Part shown: positions 47,001-55,500 of the stretch, piece after piece
How positions within the stretch are numbered: position 1 is the stretch's first letter
Layout of the letters: each line of letters begins with the position of its first letter
Source of the DNA: Andalucia godoyi And28
Lineage: Eukaryota; Protista; Jakobida
Direction: 5' to 3'
Assembly: GCA_009859145.1 (NCBI GenBank)
Contig: VRVR01000002.1
Coordinates: 96,635-160,634 of the forward strand
DNA: 64,000 nucleotides
Notes under the pieces: generated by a model
What the model was told of the DNA's origin: nothing
The model's database searches: none
What the model saw: only the letters and a program-made list of their open reading frames with translations
Made by a program: the position numbers and the translations under genes

Positions 47001-47139
47001 TGAACCTCACCTCTGGAGGAAACACACGAAAGGAAGGAGACACCAGCAATCCGGATGATGCCGGGGTCGTCAACTGCTGGGAAGAAGACGACGTGCCCTG
47101 CGAAACAGAGGCTGCTCGAGACCCGGAAACCATTTTCAT
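38071..47139 (-). CDS. CFAP47: Cilia- and flagella-associated protein 47 (about 3020 aa)
   Basis: Intronless 9-kb ORF of tandem ASH/MSP-like Ig-fold beta domains plus a calponin-homology domain (ILLKWLTYHY...INFDSDLRDGHVLFSL). Size and architecture match CFAP47. First ATG is at 47139. Confidence 0.85.
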   Translation of the reverse strand: MKMVSGSRAASVSQGTSSSSQQLTTPASSGLLVSPSFRVFPPEVRFKDVQTGIKYFMRLTIQNTSMQTKRIRVIPPAQKAFSLQYVPLEGIAPGLEQIVELEFVAKDKKDSFDRLIVMSDTEKIEVPISATFPTADLAFEPFLSVGTVVVGQPLTVPFRVQNCGSLPGEFRFSCDDSQLSIAPANGIIDPHMSQEFKVCVTCEKPGPFRQFVQVDVKNQQSRVLDVFATCVESRVELLTPDSAGVVSELVFGTMFFGEKHHTTAILVNNSPAKCSYVIRPFKEETGDSGNASEDNSDADGFGPVQADPPEGVLEPYQQAEITFILSAEVATAKRGFKSTSSTNAVGTQDYFGRMQIEVIETEQKLTFNYVGRAITPTIDVSEKRLVFGECPSNDHCDYLVTMKNQSDELPVDFSIETAPNFSVRPSKGKLLPLQSRNVVFSFTPRQLGSFEHILMVSVCGGIVRFPIRVSGSSSTIAPKKAIIGGTDKIAEDFKPELKFVDPFSISMRSSDANVSSQTGAYVVKKSDALSNPEFVKTMDHHRKYNSYIRQGKNEDEVLAAQSQHEVMYMNDRDIGLIPADGLQSPRLELPPAADPLFLNNRPGQESSQKGSPKKRSMVFDENKIIKKKFKPHPSNPAEARECATLLSPKELMQISYGPKVLDFGTLSVYSKLTKSFSVLNHLSTSVLVSLLSEREELSQSSPWSQVIPPNGTAGFDITLCSDIAQTFQQTVYFTVNGHHRLKFLVYAEIVPIDVRLSSEEVLFRFGDFSMERTVTETVSLTNTSGAPAQFCWKNLPTDGAFTVEPVSGVIQPFETGIARFTYSPDPDVSESASELLLDVKGGHVRSLRCNGLVAESKCKIAEKQLEFGIVPVGMLKTKTFRIRNVGENNAVFFVDATMPGVTVTPPRGLIGMRSSQEIQVSVKLGVPQVVDTRLVFSIRGGKSIRLPIKADAQIPSVTIPSSSFNFGEIYVNGVARRKASFRNVSAIPAVLFLDFTEHRDFSCTLEDGTAVPDHEDAPICIARLGSIPGEEGIQGLLSDDAAGKATPEQSSSRGVRFQKEDGEEDDAVSEVSSEDDVDLRRYRITVQPNEELHCWMVFSPSEVGTHEFDLPLTLAGVASAGSNLARRVRAQALASRLSLSTTMVDFRNRVVFKEIPGSELVSGHESEFTITSEEDKPVEWKFSEEALAACSSFFTLDVTEGIVLPRDTVSIKVFFKPRENKQYAATIPLILDPESPSRSSSVYAELELRGTGIYPMITFDQREIILPVVPLGFTSSYVFHVINEGYETVDLKHKLPGDTSRIPLFIKFPEGSVLDRTRLQIPVEVSFCAKKPTSFTAKIDFFDNEGNKFSIPISGTTDNSLCTIFPYVYGHREAVRVASDSFESPVLLLERTTDEMEALAKLSISSGLSVYSGGVESEAESSVYGKTERFRKQLYSRRSLERIRGFLNVCVLKNPVQDLIADFIRFNGEPLFDLVGFLSGKTADNSSKKKEASAAEKSVSQRDGVQSLMNRYDEVLSFLKSHGALLNDVRPEFLLRYEDYLRIVSLREEALLASGVPLPSQQQRKFSEKRFMLRAAEAWTNVIYQIFKVFMLNRVTWKSFAVLPGIAKEFVSVADGAITQSNFMNSAENILLKWLTYHYNVTRNKGTPFPLSSTDALSKELGAADAAPSAPWKKIINFDSDLRDGHVLFSLMESHVPTFSRKYSAFRMVCRSKEDLEHNAAIVISCMKELGLDYVPDIRDLVAPNARDMILLCWYLYQNLPSFIPKTSIDFPCQLLVPCVKNIELSNPSSRLIEFSVRLEHFATDSKDATPTFSVAEDKVRLEPKKTCSLAVTALCKFCKPVEGRITLLGRKVGQHVPSSMVFLLRTAVDTSHATKTFALEANVYEPKTLDVEVQNPFLQAGRFTVLLSQSYTGSQSVSASASVLSKKSASPPKGRMVGDKSVVQNTSSSSTIADRANFPDAFFLKADKLQLRPDERIKIPVQFLGFRSGDYVCRITFADEAVGEFVYQVNATAVYPSVANKFLGRAEENSVSTHIVVVPLKNAILDKACENIVQRMKELKLRRKAPEVLPTDEPIKYKVEYLSPYLSGPKEIVLNKKTSGEVDASLGKAKSAAKSDGDEVLPLEFRPKEAGVYSCRFLLRSAYDVRLYEFEGKALSAGHKASLEFAVPCRQSITQDIPLVNRTTNQDWVIQADLRGQYFTAPREIKVPRNSTVNFSLTFSPSWICDVRGELILLNPTTDDKMIFQLRGQAEEPLAADHVVIDCKARQVVEYQLTVTELPGNKNTANSIFDVEFDLPFFKGERLFKPSQSGSVYSFVIAPPRSGSYTGSIVFKAPSSEEFSWYTVEVNAERASAEGSVRLQTPIRQAVVAEVSITNPFDVPVEFDVRMDGAGLMGEPKVVLDAGESAAYPLVYCPLFSGQSKGSISFANNEFGEFWYDLILVAEAAEDVVLPEFRCEIGVRKSAKVRIENPIGEEITLRATSSNPQNFRGHPDTFLIGPYDSFDVEVEYCPSSIMSAETGIVQFSNPVAGTWTYKCSGVGLLPTTMEEIMVASPVGRTTTQVASFRNPFPDTRWFSVAVGTVLAEEDPSRPSTTSSAHSSLSSSLYHNMRSASAASSVPGPSSIIPDDRVYQLLLRPLRQAVKGFSTLQIPFSFTPTRMTEFNAHLLVEMIAPPPSSADYAANFDEHVPGTNQRLQWKYPIRGVAENTPSDRPFRFKCKARTRMEENVEIVLPDLLPHSMIQGMPTSGIGAQSTANSIPIHEEFTHELKIPAETSTLLNRALSIVATDDQIVTRVNQPLKYHVTFVPLRSFRATVQLVIHKKSGGRWKFDVELEATPPDPDDIIIIESNMHKTENVCFRLTNIFPTPAHFEARFTPESPLEFTVIPTSGTLAPFGSEDGTPFIVSYTATNYGKTLSGMLEILSDDMQWRYEVRGCLPEYLPPQEVKTRLDTRLSTTVENQIAQRSMQKRNFLLENLKSDANRRTGAPAGPQPTEEPVLREGSTVSRRSNRSAGTRVSRSLLP

Positions 47140-47508
47140 ACTCTGAAAAAGACAAAAAATAGAATCTACAAGCCTGCAAACAAAACTTTGAAGATCTGTC
47201 GAAGGGCAGTCCTGGGAGAAAAAGCAGAAAGGCGAGGGACGAAATATATGCGGTGAACAGCAAAAACAAGGTCTTAATAGAATGAATGGGAAAAAGCGCA
47301 CTCATGAATCGGAAAACGAACAGAATGTCGTTGCGAGGGAATCATGTTTCAGATTTCCTCAAAGGGAAAAAACAAAAAGGACGGGATGACATGACACCAC
47401 AAACCGTTATCAAGTTGGCTTGATGCTTCCCAATTTTCTCCAATCAGAAACTTCAGAATCCAATAGTTCAAACACCCCCCGTTGAATGTCCTCGCATTGA
47501 TTTATTAT

Positions 47509-47550
47509 CACACACACACACACACTCTGTCTCTCTCTCTGTCTCTCTCT
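47509..47550. repeat. (CA)n + (TC)n tract in the CFAP47/ARL13B divergent intergenic region
   Basis: Read directly from the sequence. Confidence 0.9.
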
Positions 47551-47643
47551 TTCCGTCCTTCTTAACCACCGCCGCCACCGCCGTCTTCTTCGTCTTCGTC
47601 TTTTCTTGAGTGAAGAGGTCACTGCCTACGAGACTGAATCGAG

Positions 47644-48873
47644 ATGTTCACATTACTGCACAATCTTTACAAGTATTGCAAGAAGAGGAGAGAACGGGAA
47701 GTGTCGATTGTCATTATCGGTTTGGACAATGCTGGAAAGTCTACATTGTTGTCCGTTTTAAAAGGAGGTATGTTTGATTACTGTGTTCATCATGTTTATG
47801 CATATCAGTCTGTTTTATTATTGGTTTGAAGTTCTAATATCGTTTTTCTTTTTCGCGATTGCCGTTTCTTCTTCTTTTCTGTGTGTGCAGCTGTTGATCA
47901 CTCTGTAACTCCAACATGGGGCTTCACATCAGAAACTATTGCGGAGGGCCGGCACAAAGTAACGTATTTTGATCTTGGAGGAGGAAAGAAGATTCGAGGG
48001 ATCTGGCCGCGTTACTTTTCAGAGGTATATGGCGTAATTTACATTGTCGATTCTGCGGACACGGACCGGCTAGCGGAATCCAAGGATGCACTGTTTTCGA
48101 GCATTGACGATTCTCGGTTGGCGGGGAAACCGATCCTGATTGTTGCAAACAAGCAAGACCTTCCCAATGCCCAGTCTGCCGATGCAGTTGCTCTGTCTTT
48201 GGGCCTTGACACTGTGCGCAAGTCGTCATATAGAATTGTGGGAGGGGTTGCCAGAACTCTCCCAGGTTCGCCAATAGATCCGAATTTGGCCAAGGGAATG
48301 CGCTGGATGATGGATATGATCCAGAACAACTTTGAAGAATTGTCTGTCCGTGTGCAAAAGCAGACGGAGGAGCAAAGAGCATTAGAAAAAAAGGAGGCGG
48401 ATGAACGCAGGGCTCGAGTTGAAAAGATGCGGGAAGAGCGGAGGCGTCAGCAGGAGTTGGAAGAACGAGAGGAACTGGAAAGGGCAGCAAAGGATGGCAA
48501 GCAAGCAGACGTTGAGCTTGGAAGCGTCGCGCATGCATCTGATCCTAAGCCCGAACCCGAGCCCAAGCCCATTCCAGCCATGCAGGCAAATGGTGATGCT
48601 GCACCGGCTTGCAAGATGACCGAGAATCCCTCAGTCGAAAACGAGCATCTGGACGTTCGCATCGAAACCGCACCGCCGGCTCCTGCTCTCGAATCTACCA
48701 GACGAAACTCGGTCCGGTCTGTGGCGTCTTCTTCGGACGTAATCCATGATGTATCTGAGGACTGTAGGGGTTTAAATGCACAAGGGCTGCACACTGTTTC
48801 CGTCTCGATGCCTGGGGCCCCGTCGAGTCCTGCAACGAAAAGATCCTCATTGGATGTTGAAGACTCCGTGTAG
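47644..48873 (+). CDS. ARL13B: Ciliary Arf-like GTPase ARL13B, 2 exons
   Basis: join(47644-47767,47891-48873). G1 GLDNAGKST; ARL13-specific G3 DLGGG (no catalytic Gln); IRGIWPRYF; NKQD; then a coiled coil and a Pro-rich tail. Confidence 0.9.
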
Positions 48874-49272
48874 AATTGTGCTGAGCTGCTTGGCCTCATT
48901 GACCTCATGCTGGGAGAGCTCACAGAAAACAAAAACAACAAAGAAAAGAAAAAGACGTGGAGTGCGGAGTTTGTTGTACAGAAGAAACGGTTTTCTTGAG
49001 CATGCAGATAATGCCTTCCTTCTTGTTTTTAATGTAATTTAATTTATGTACCGTTCTCTCCATCAGTTGGGTTGTGATCTTTTGCGGACCACAAAAAAAG
49101 GACAAATATTGGACACATAGTGGACAGGATGCGGGCTTCGATTCCCAGCAACAGAAGCAGTTGACACATATGCAAGAAGACACGCACATTTGAAAATCGT
49201 TGTCTCTTAAAAACAAGATCTTGCATGGACAATCGGAATCAATAAAAAATAACAATCATGGGTGTAACAGAA

Positions 49273-50091
49273 TCACCAATGATAGTCACTCTGCTGGTCT
49301 TGTTTCATCATTGCCTGTGCGTGTCGAGTGTCCGTGGACATCTTCTGTGGGCGGTACAACGTGCTATGAACAGCGCTGTCAATGTGTGCGCCATCTGCCT
49401 TGCGCTTCTCATAGTTCCAACCTATCTTTTGATTCTCCGTCAGCGGTACCTGGAACTTCTCAAATGGAGACAACATTGGGGCACCCTTTTTCTTCTTGAG
49501 CGCCTCGATTTCCTTCGCAGCGATATGCTCCGACTGTTTAATCAGCGACCGGTCGCCAACGAATGGCGCGCCGACACTCCCGTCCTCGTGAACCGTCCGG
49601 TTTCCGTGTATGTGGAAAGACACTTCGTTCTTCTGGTACGGATCAAAAAAATTGGCTGCAGGGTCCCTGACACGATACTTGTATCCAGAAGTTGATTGCA
49701 TACTAGAAGATGTTGACGACGACTTGCTGTCAACAGACTCCACTTTGCCTGTAGCAGCTGGTGTTGACGACCGAATTGGCGGTGGAGATTGATTTTGCGA
49801 AAACGAGAATTTCGATGCCGCAGGGATCGGGGCTGGGGTGGACATCCCGAGTACCGGGGTCGGGCGGACGGAGGAAGCAGGAACACGGCCGTACAATGCT
49901 TCGACATTCATGCGAGCGACGTTCGGGCTGACCTTCTCCGTGGAAGATGACGCGCGACTTTCAAAAGGCGTGAGAATCCGTCGTCCAAAATGGAGCGAAG
50001 AGTCGTTGAATTGCTTGACGTACTGCGGCTGTGCAAGGTCATAAATGTCGCTTTTGAACTTTCGAAGCTCCTCTGCTGTTTTCGAGGACAT
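49273..50091 (-). CDS. Putative axonemal microtubule inner protein-like (FAM183/CFAP144-type motif)
   Basis: 272 aa. The C-terminal EKFQVPLTENQKIGW matches the P-x-T-x-x-Q-x-x-G-W motif seen in several ciliary lumenal proteins; the centre is S/T/P-rich. Confidence 0.5.
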   Translation of the reverse strand: MSSKTAEELRKFKSDIYDLAQPQYVKQFNDSSLHFGRRILTPFESRASSSTEKVSPNVARMNVEALYGRVPASSVRPTPVLGMSTPAPIPAASKFSFSQNQSPPPIRSSTPAATGKVESVDSKSSSTSSSMQSTSGYKYRVRDPAANFFDPYQKNEVSFHIHGNRTVHEDGSVGAPFVGDRSLIKQSEHIAAKEIEALKKKKGAPMLSPFEKFQVPLTENQKIGWNYEKRKADGAHIDSAVHSTLYRPQKMSTDTRHAQAMMKQDQQSDYHW

Positions 50092-50324
50092 GTTCTTTTG
50101 AATAGACTAGACAGGCTGTCTTTTATTCGCGTGACAAGGATGCAAAGAAATAGAGAACCATCGACGACGAGGTAGAGGGAAAAAGCTAACGGCTGACAGC
50201 TTTGTGTATCAACGTTCAACATCAAGCAAAACACGATTCTCTTACCGTAGTCAAGTCTAGAATTTCTTCCTTCTTTCGCTTTTTCTTTTTTTCTTTTTAA
50301 TTTTGTTCTGTTTTTCAATATTTT

Positions 50325-50608
50325 TAATCGAACCCTCAATCACCTTTCATCAAAGACAAAGACAAAACACGTCTGATGGCTCCAAAGAGGGGTCTTCCCA
50401 ACAAACTCAAACCGGCCATGCCCAAAGACGCTGAGAACCAAGAAACCCGCTGATCCCCTCTCGTCGGATGCTGAGAGCAAGAAGAGAGAAACGATGACCC
50501 TTTTGATGCAGAGCAATCTGCATTGAACAGGTGGTGCTTGCCCCAAATTGGATCTGTCTTCGGTGATAGCTTAGCCGATGGACAATAATAATTCGTATTT
50601 TGGCGAGC
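50325..50608 (+). repeat. Dispersed repeat, copy 2 (homologous to 31644-32088)
   Basis: Block A (50325-~50475) aligns to 31644-~31790, and block B (~50494-50608) aligns to ~31976-32088. Confidence 0.85.
50376..50453 (+). CDS. Candidate 25-aa microprotein MAPKRGLPNKLKPAMPKDAENQETR
   Basis: Paralogue of 31690-31767 with identical length and 21/25 identical residues. Confidence 0.3.
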   Translation: MAPKRGLPNKLKPAMPKDAENQETR

Positions 50609-50753
50609 GGAGCAACCAAAGCGCTGCGGGGGTGTTCTTTTGCAAGTTGGTTGGAACAAGCATCCTGGTGATGCAGACCAACAGGCATTCGTTCAAATAC
50701 CGCCGCTCAACTCGTTCGCTGTCCGATTACCACCTCAGTTTTTCCCCTGTGGG

Positions 50754-50754
<1 letters not shown>

Positions 50755-50787
<33 letters not shown>
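50755..50787. repeat. (TG)n microsatellite
   Basis: About 16 units, read directly. Confidence 0.95.
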
Positions 50788-50788
<1 letters not shown>

Positions 50789-51330
50789 AGTGCGTGACAT
50801 CGCCTGCATCGTACACTAATCATCTGTCCCATCGCCGCAGGGGGCCGTCACGTATCTCGGGATCCCCATGGGGAAAAGGATAGAACAATGCGGCACGTAC
50901 AAAATTAAAAACACGGAAGATTTTTTTAATATTTTTTGTTGTTGTTGTTTTGGCAAAACATGATCATCCGAAAATGGACACGGATGCAATGACGATGCTC
51001 CTTTAGTCCCATTGGCAAACAGGGTACCATTGTTCATTCTTGTCGTGCGAGGACTGGGCCGAGGAAACAAGCAGACGACAGTCGGCAATGAGCAAGGTGA
51101 TACGAGGTTTTACTGTACTACGGGCATACGCATGCATATGCCATCCACGCGCAATGCAGGACGCAAAAGACGGCAAAAAACCTGCATCCAACAACACAAC
51201 TCGGCACAGCAAACACATCACCAATCCGCAACAAAAAATCAAAATCAAAACCAAAACCAAAATCAACACCAAAATCAAAATCAAAGAGGTGAAACGAAAG
51301 CTGATAAATAACATTCTGCTCCCGCGAAGT

Positions 51331-52089
51331 CTAGAACTTCTTTCCAGTAATCCGCTGTGACTTTTCCTTTCTGACAAACGCTGCAAGAAAGATGAACGAG
51401 TTCACCGAGAGCGTGAACCCCGATACGAGAGTAGTGGTTGCAAAGTACAAGTAGATGGACGCGGCAAGGTATGCAAGAGCCTTCACCAGGTGATTCTGGA
51501 AGACGTTGACTGCTGCCAGCAGAAACCGCGGCCATGGCAGCTTGCCCAACACCTCCTCATCTTCAGAAAGTTTTTTGCATCGCAGCGAAGCCCACTCGAG
51601 AAATAGGACGATCAGCGAAATGACCAGTGCATACACTCCCGGGCCGACTGCCGCATGGTACTGAGTGAGCGCAATGAAGCCCTGAAGAAGCATTGCCCAC
51701 GCTACACCATACGCCATGTAGTGCGCCCACGGAGCCACCGTCAGTCCGTCCAGCAAAGATTTGTGTCCCGCATTCTTTCGGTCCGGGGCACCAGCCTCTG
51801 CGGCTCCCGCGCCTTGTCCAGGAAACATTCCCGATGTCGAGAGGACGGGAGCCTGCGGTTTCTTGACGAACATTGCAGTGGATGACGAGCCCTGCGCGGA
51901 CAACGGCTGCAGAGGTACCGTCGTAAGAAGCGGCCGCGAAGCAGTAGATGAAGGCGTAGGGGACGGACTAAGCCCTGGGGTTGCCGGCATGTACGGAGGG
52001 GGAGGAGCTGCAGGCGCAGTCCGATTCAATGGAGGAGCCCCAGAAGACCCTGGAACAAGAACAGGTGGTGGGGGACGGGGCGCAGACAT
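51331..52089 (-). CDS. p22phox (cytochrome b558 light chain)-like or TVP18-like 4-TM protein with N-terminal Pro-rich region
   Basis: 252 aa from MSAPRPPPP. The TM block WAHYMAYG...GVYALVISLIVLFLEW...FQNHLVKALAYLAAS...SFIFLAAFVRKE parallels the p22phox pattern (WA...A, G-x-Y...LEY, N-Y-x-V-R-A, terminal AA-x-R-G-E). Confidence 0.55.
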   Translation of the reverse strand: MSAPRPPPPVLVPGSSGAPPLNRTAPAAPPPPYMPATPGLSPSPTPSSTASRPLLTTVPLQPLSAQGSSSTAMFVKKPQAPVLSTSGMFPGQGAGAAEAGAPDRKNAGHKSLLDGLTVAPWAHYMAYGVAWAMLLQGFIALTQYHAAVGPGVYALVISLIVLFLEWASLRCKKLSEDEEVLGKLPWPRFLLAAVNVFQNHLVKALAYLAASIYLYFATTTLVSGFTLSVNSFIFLAAFVRKEKSQRITGKKF

Positions 52090-52573
52090 GCTTTGCTCTC
52101 CTTTTCTTGAAATATGAAGATATATATATGTGTGTGTGTATGCAGAACAAATCCGGTGAACTGTTCGAGCTGGGAATCGGCAATGACAATGCTTTGTCAG
52201 CAAATGATGCTCGGATGACCTAATGCTCGGTTGCCCTGGGTGGCTGGGTGATTGGGGTCCTGGACGTGTCAGAAACGGAATGCCGCTTTATTTCCAAAGG
52301 TCTCCCAAGTTTCAACTTCCGAAGTTTCCCTGCGCTTTGGAAAGCCTTCAGAACGTCATACCCTCAAATGGAGCAGAAAATAGAACTTGGTTTGCATCAC
52401 TTGAGTCATAATAACTACGACGGATTGCGGACTGCACAATCACCGCTTCTCTCCCCGCCAAGTCTGCTGCGTAATTGAATGTTTGTTCTGTTTCGTTTCT
52501 TTTCTTAATGCATGCAGACGCTTATAAACTGTACTACCGGTGCATTTATTTTTACAATGCATGCAATCACTGA

Positions 52574-55500
52574 ACAGTACGCACGAGCTGTATCGCCATC
52601 ATCGGGGATTGCACGATCTGTGAAGGTCCAGCTTCGGACATCCATGAGGCAGTCGATCGGTGCAGCTTTGAGGAGTCTGTTGAAAAAGCGGCAGACGTCC
52701 TGGCCAGCTGCCCGGCAGTGGTGACTGCAGAAGCTGTTCTGACCTACTCAGAGCTTCGTTCTCGAGCACGCGCAATTGCAGCTGCGCTTTTAGGCCGGGG
52801 GCTGAAAAAGGAGGAGTGCGTTGGCGTTCTCGTCCAGCGCTCCGTAGCTCTGTCGTCGGCTTTTCTGGGCGTTCTTATGGCCGGCGGAGTGTACGTTCCT
52901 CTCCTGCCAAGTCTTCCAGCAAGTCGTCTCTCATACATTGCAATGCACTGCAACATGCGTTTCATTGTCGCTCTAGACGGATTGATTCCCCTCGAAGATG
53001 TGATGTCGCAAGTCAAGAGCAACTGGGCGAAAACCGCGCATGCGGAGGTCACTGGAACCGTCGAAGAAGCACGGATTCTGTTGCGGCCGGAAGACCTTAC
53101 GTCTGACCATACCGCGGACTCGGTGCGAGGCCCATCTGGAACAACGTCGGATGTCGCGTGCATCATGTTCACCTCTGGATCTACGGGTGTGCCCAAAGGC
53201 GCAGTGCTGGAACATAAGGGGTTGATTCATTGCGCTCTAGGACACATATAGTTGCACAACGTGACGCTTGCAGACAGGATGAGCATGGGAGCCCCGCCGT
53301 GCTTCTTGACCAGTCTTCGTGAGCTTGTCCTGCCGCTTCTGTCTGGAGCATCCTCCTTCCCTCTCAGCAGAACAACAATCGACAATCCGACAGAAGTCGT
53401 CCGTATGATGGACAGGCACAAGGTCACAATAGCGTGCTTTACACCGTCGTATGTCAGTCTGTTTGCTGGTGCGTGTCCCCCCAGCCTCCGCTGTCTCCTC
53501 ATCCAAGGAGAACGGCCACACACCAAGGTCGCGAAACGCTACGCCGGTCTTCTCAATCTCTACAACTCATACAGAGCTACGGAGAACACCGACTCCATGT
53601 GCATTGCAAAAGTCCAAGACATCACGGAACATGCGGTTACGATTCCGGCAGGCCGACCGTTTCCTCACGTTGGCGTGCATATTCTGAAAGAAGATGGAAG
53701 CGATGCCGGTCCCGGGGAAACAGGGATCATCCACGTTACTTGAAGAGGACTGGCCCGCGGCTATCTGAATGATCCAGAGAGGACGGCAGAATCGTTCGTA
53801 ACAACAGCACACGGCAGAGCTTTTCGGACAAACGAATTCGGTCGCTGGAATGAAGATGGAGAACTGGAAGTGCTTGGACGGGCAGACGACGTCTTCAAGG
53901 TGTCTGGGCAGGCAGTCTCTCCTGCAGAGATTGAGATGAGCGCACTGCTTTTCCCCGATGTGAAGCGTGCACGTGCCATACACTTCGCAAATCGGGGTAT
54001 CCTGCTGGTTGTCGAAAGCGAGTCCAAGGCGGTCAATAGCATGAGCCTGGCCGACTGGCGCGAGTTTTTCAACAACAAACTGCCAAAACATGCATCCCCA
54101 TCTCGCGTTTTGGTTATGCCGATGCTTCCTCGTACAGCAAATGGGAAAGTGGACAAGCTGCAACTCGAAGAGCATCTTCGTGCGGAACAGAGAAGGTCCC
54201 AGAGCTTTATTCTCCAGAATTACAAGGATACAGTAGAGATCCACACACTCATTGTTCTGCAAGAAGTCCTGGACTTTGAAATCCTGGCAGACGCAGGAAG
54301 TTTCTTCTCACTGGGAGGAACCAGCCTTCATGCAATCGCGGTGTGCCAACACCTTTACGATTTGGGGTATTCAATCGAACCTCGTGTTGTGCTTTCTCTG
54401 CCGTCCGTGGCAGCACTTGTTACTCAACTTCGCAAGCGAAGACACAGGGAATCGTCCATTTATGCTGCAAAGGGTTGGAAAACAGTGTTGCAGAATCGGG
54501 TATTGCGACGATCGGACAGCAGGACTGTTACGTTGCGTCACTACTCGATCCGTCCACCGTGTCTGGTGCACGTGTCGTTCGCATTTTGGAAGTTGACGGC
54601 ACTCGTCGCCCCCTGTCTGATTTTCAGTAAGCGTGATCTAGACTGTTATTTCGACATGACGCTCTCAGAACATTCTTCCGAGAGAATAACCAGCAGAAGA
54701 CACTGGAATGGGTGACAATGGTCAGTCAAAATCGACAGAGATGCTCTGCTGCGCCTGCCTGTGAATGTCGACCAGAGAGAATCTGGTATGCGCGGAGGAA
54801 AGACTCTCCCGGAGTCGAGTTTGGAGGTTACCGTGTCGGAGGCATGGAAAAGTGTATGCGGCACGGAGAAAGTTTTTCTGGAAGACAACTTTTTCGCGCA
54901 CGGTGGAAACAGTTTGCTGGCAGTATTGCTGACTCGAAAGCTGACAGAGTGTCTCGGCGTCTCAGTTCCTGTGCGAACAGTGTTCGGGGCTCCGGTGCTT
55001 GCGGATTTCGTACAACAAATTGCATCCCTTCTCAAAAAGTCGAAATCCGACGGGTCACGCAGCGACGTAAGCGCAGCTGCATCCGATTTCTTAACTGAAG
55101 GAGAAATGGAATACTGGAATTTGGAACAAGAAGGACGAGATGCATGCAGTCACAACATTCCGGTATTCGTGTACGTGGACCTGCCCGACGGTATGCCGTT
55201 TCCCGGCGTGGACGCGTGGAACCGGGCGCTTGAAGAAGTCGCGAAGAGACACGAGACTCTTAGAACATCATATTACCAGGATGCAGACGGGAACTTACGT
55301 CGGAGCGTATCCCATGAAATTCATCCGTGCTGCACTGTCACAGATATCCCGGACACCGATTCTGCAAGTGCTCGGTTCCAGGAACTTCATAATCAAGACA
55401 TTCCGCTCGGCAGAGCGCCGTTATGGCATGCCGGATGCATGCACATATCCGACAGTGACAAGTTTGTTTTCTGGATGAGCATGCACCACATCATTGGTGA

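Noticed and set aside
52574-54640. Stop-codon reassignment, readthrough or selenocysteine explaining the NRPS in-frame stops
   Set aside because: TAA, TAG and TGA all occur, together with a frameshift and a deletion. All three codons also end conserved proteins at their expected termini here (HINT TAA, DEG15 -SKL, ARL6 TGA). The TGA at 53741 sits at a Gly position, not a Cys position.
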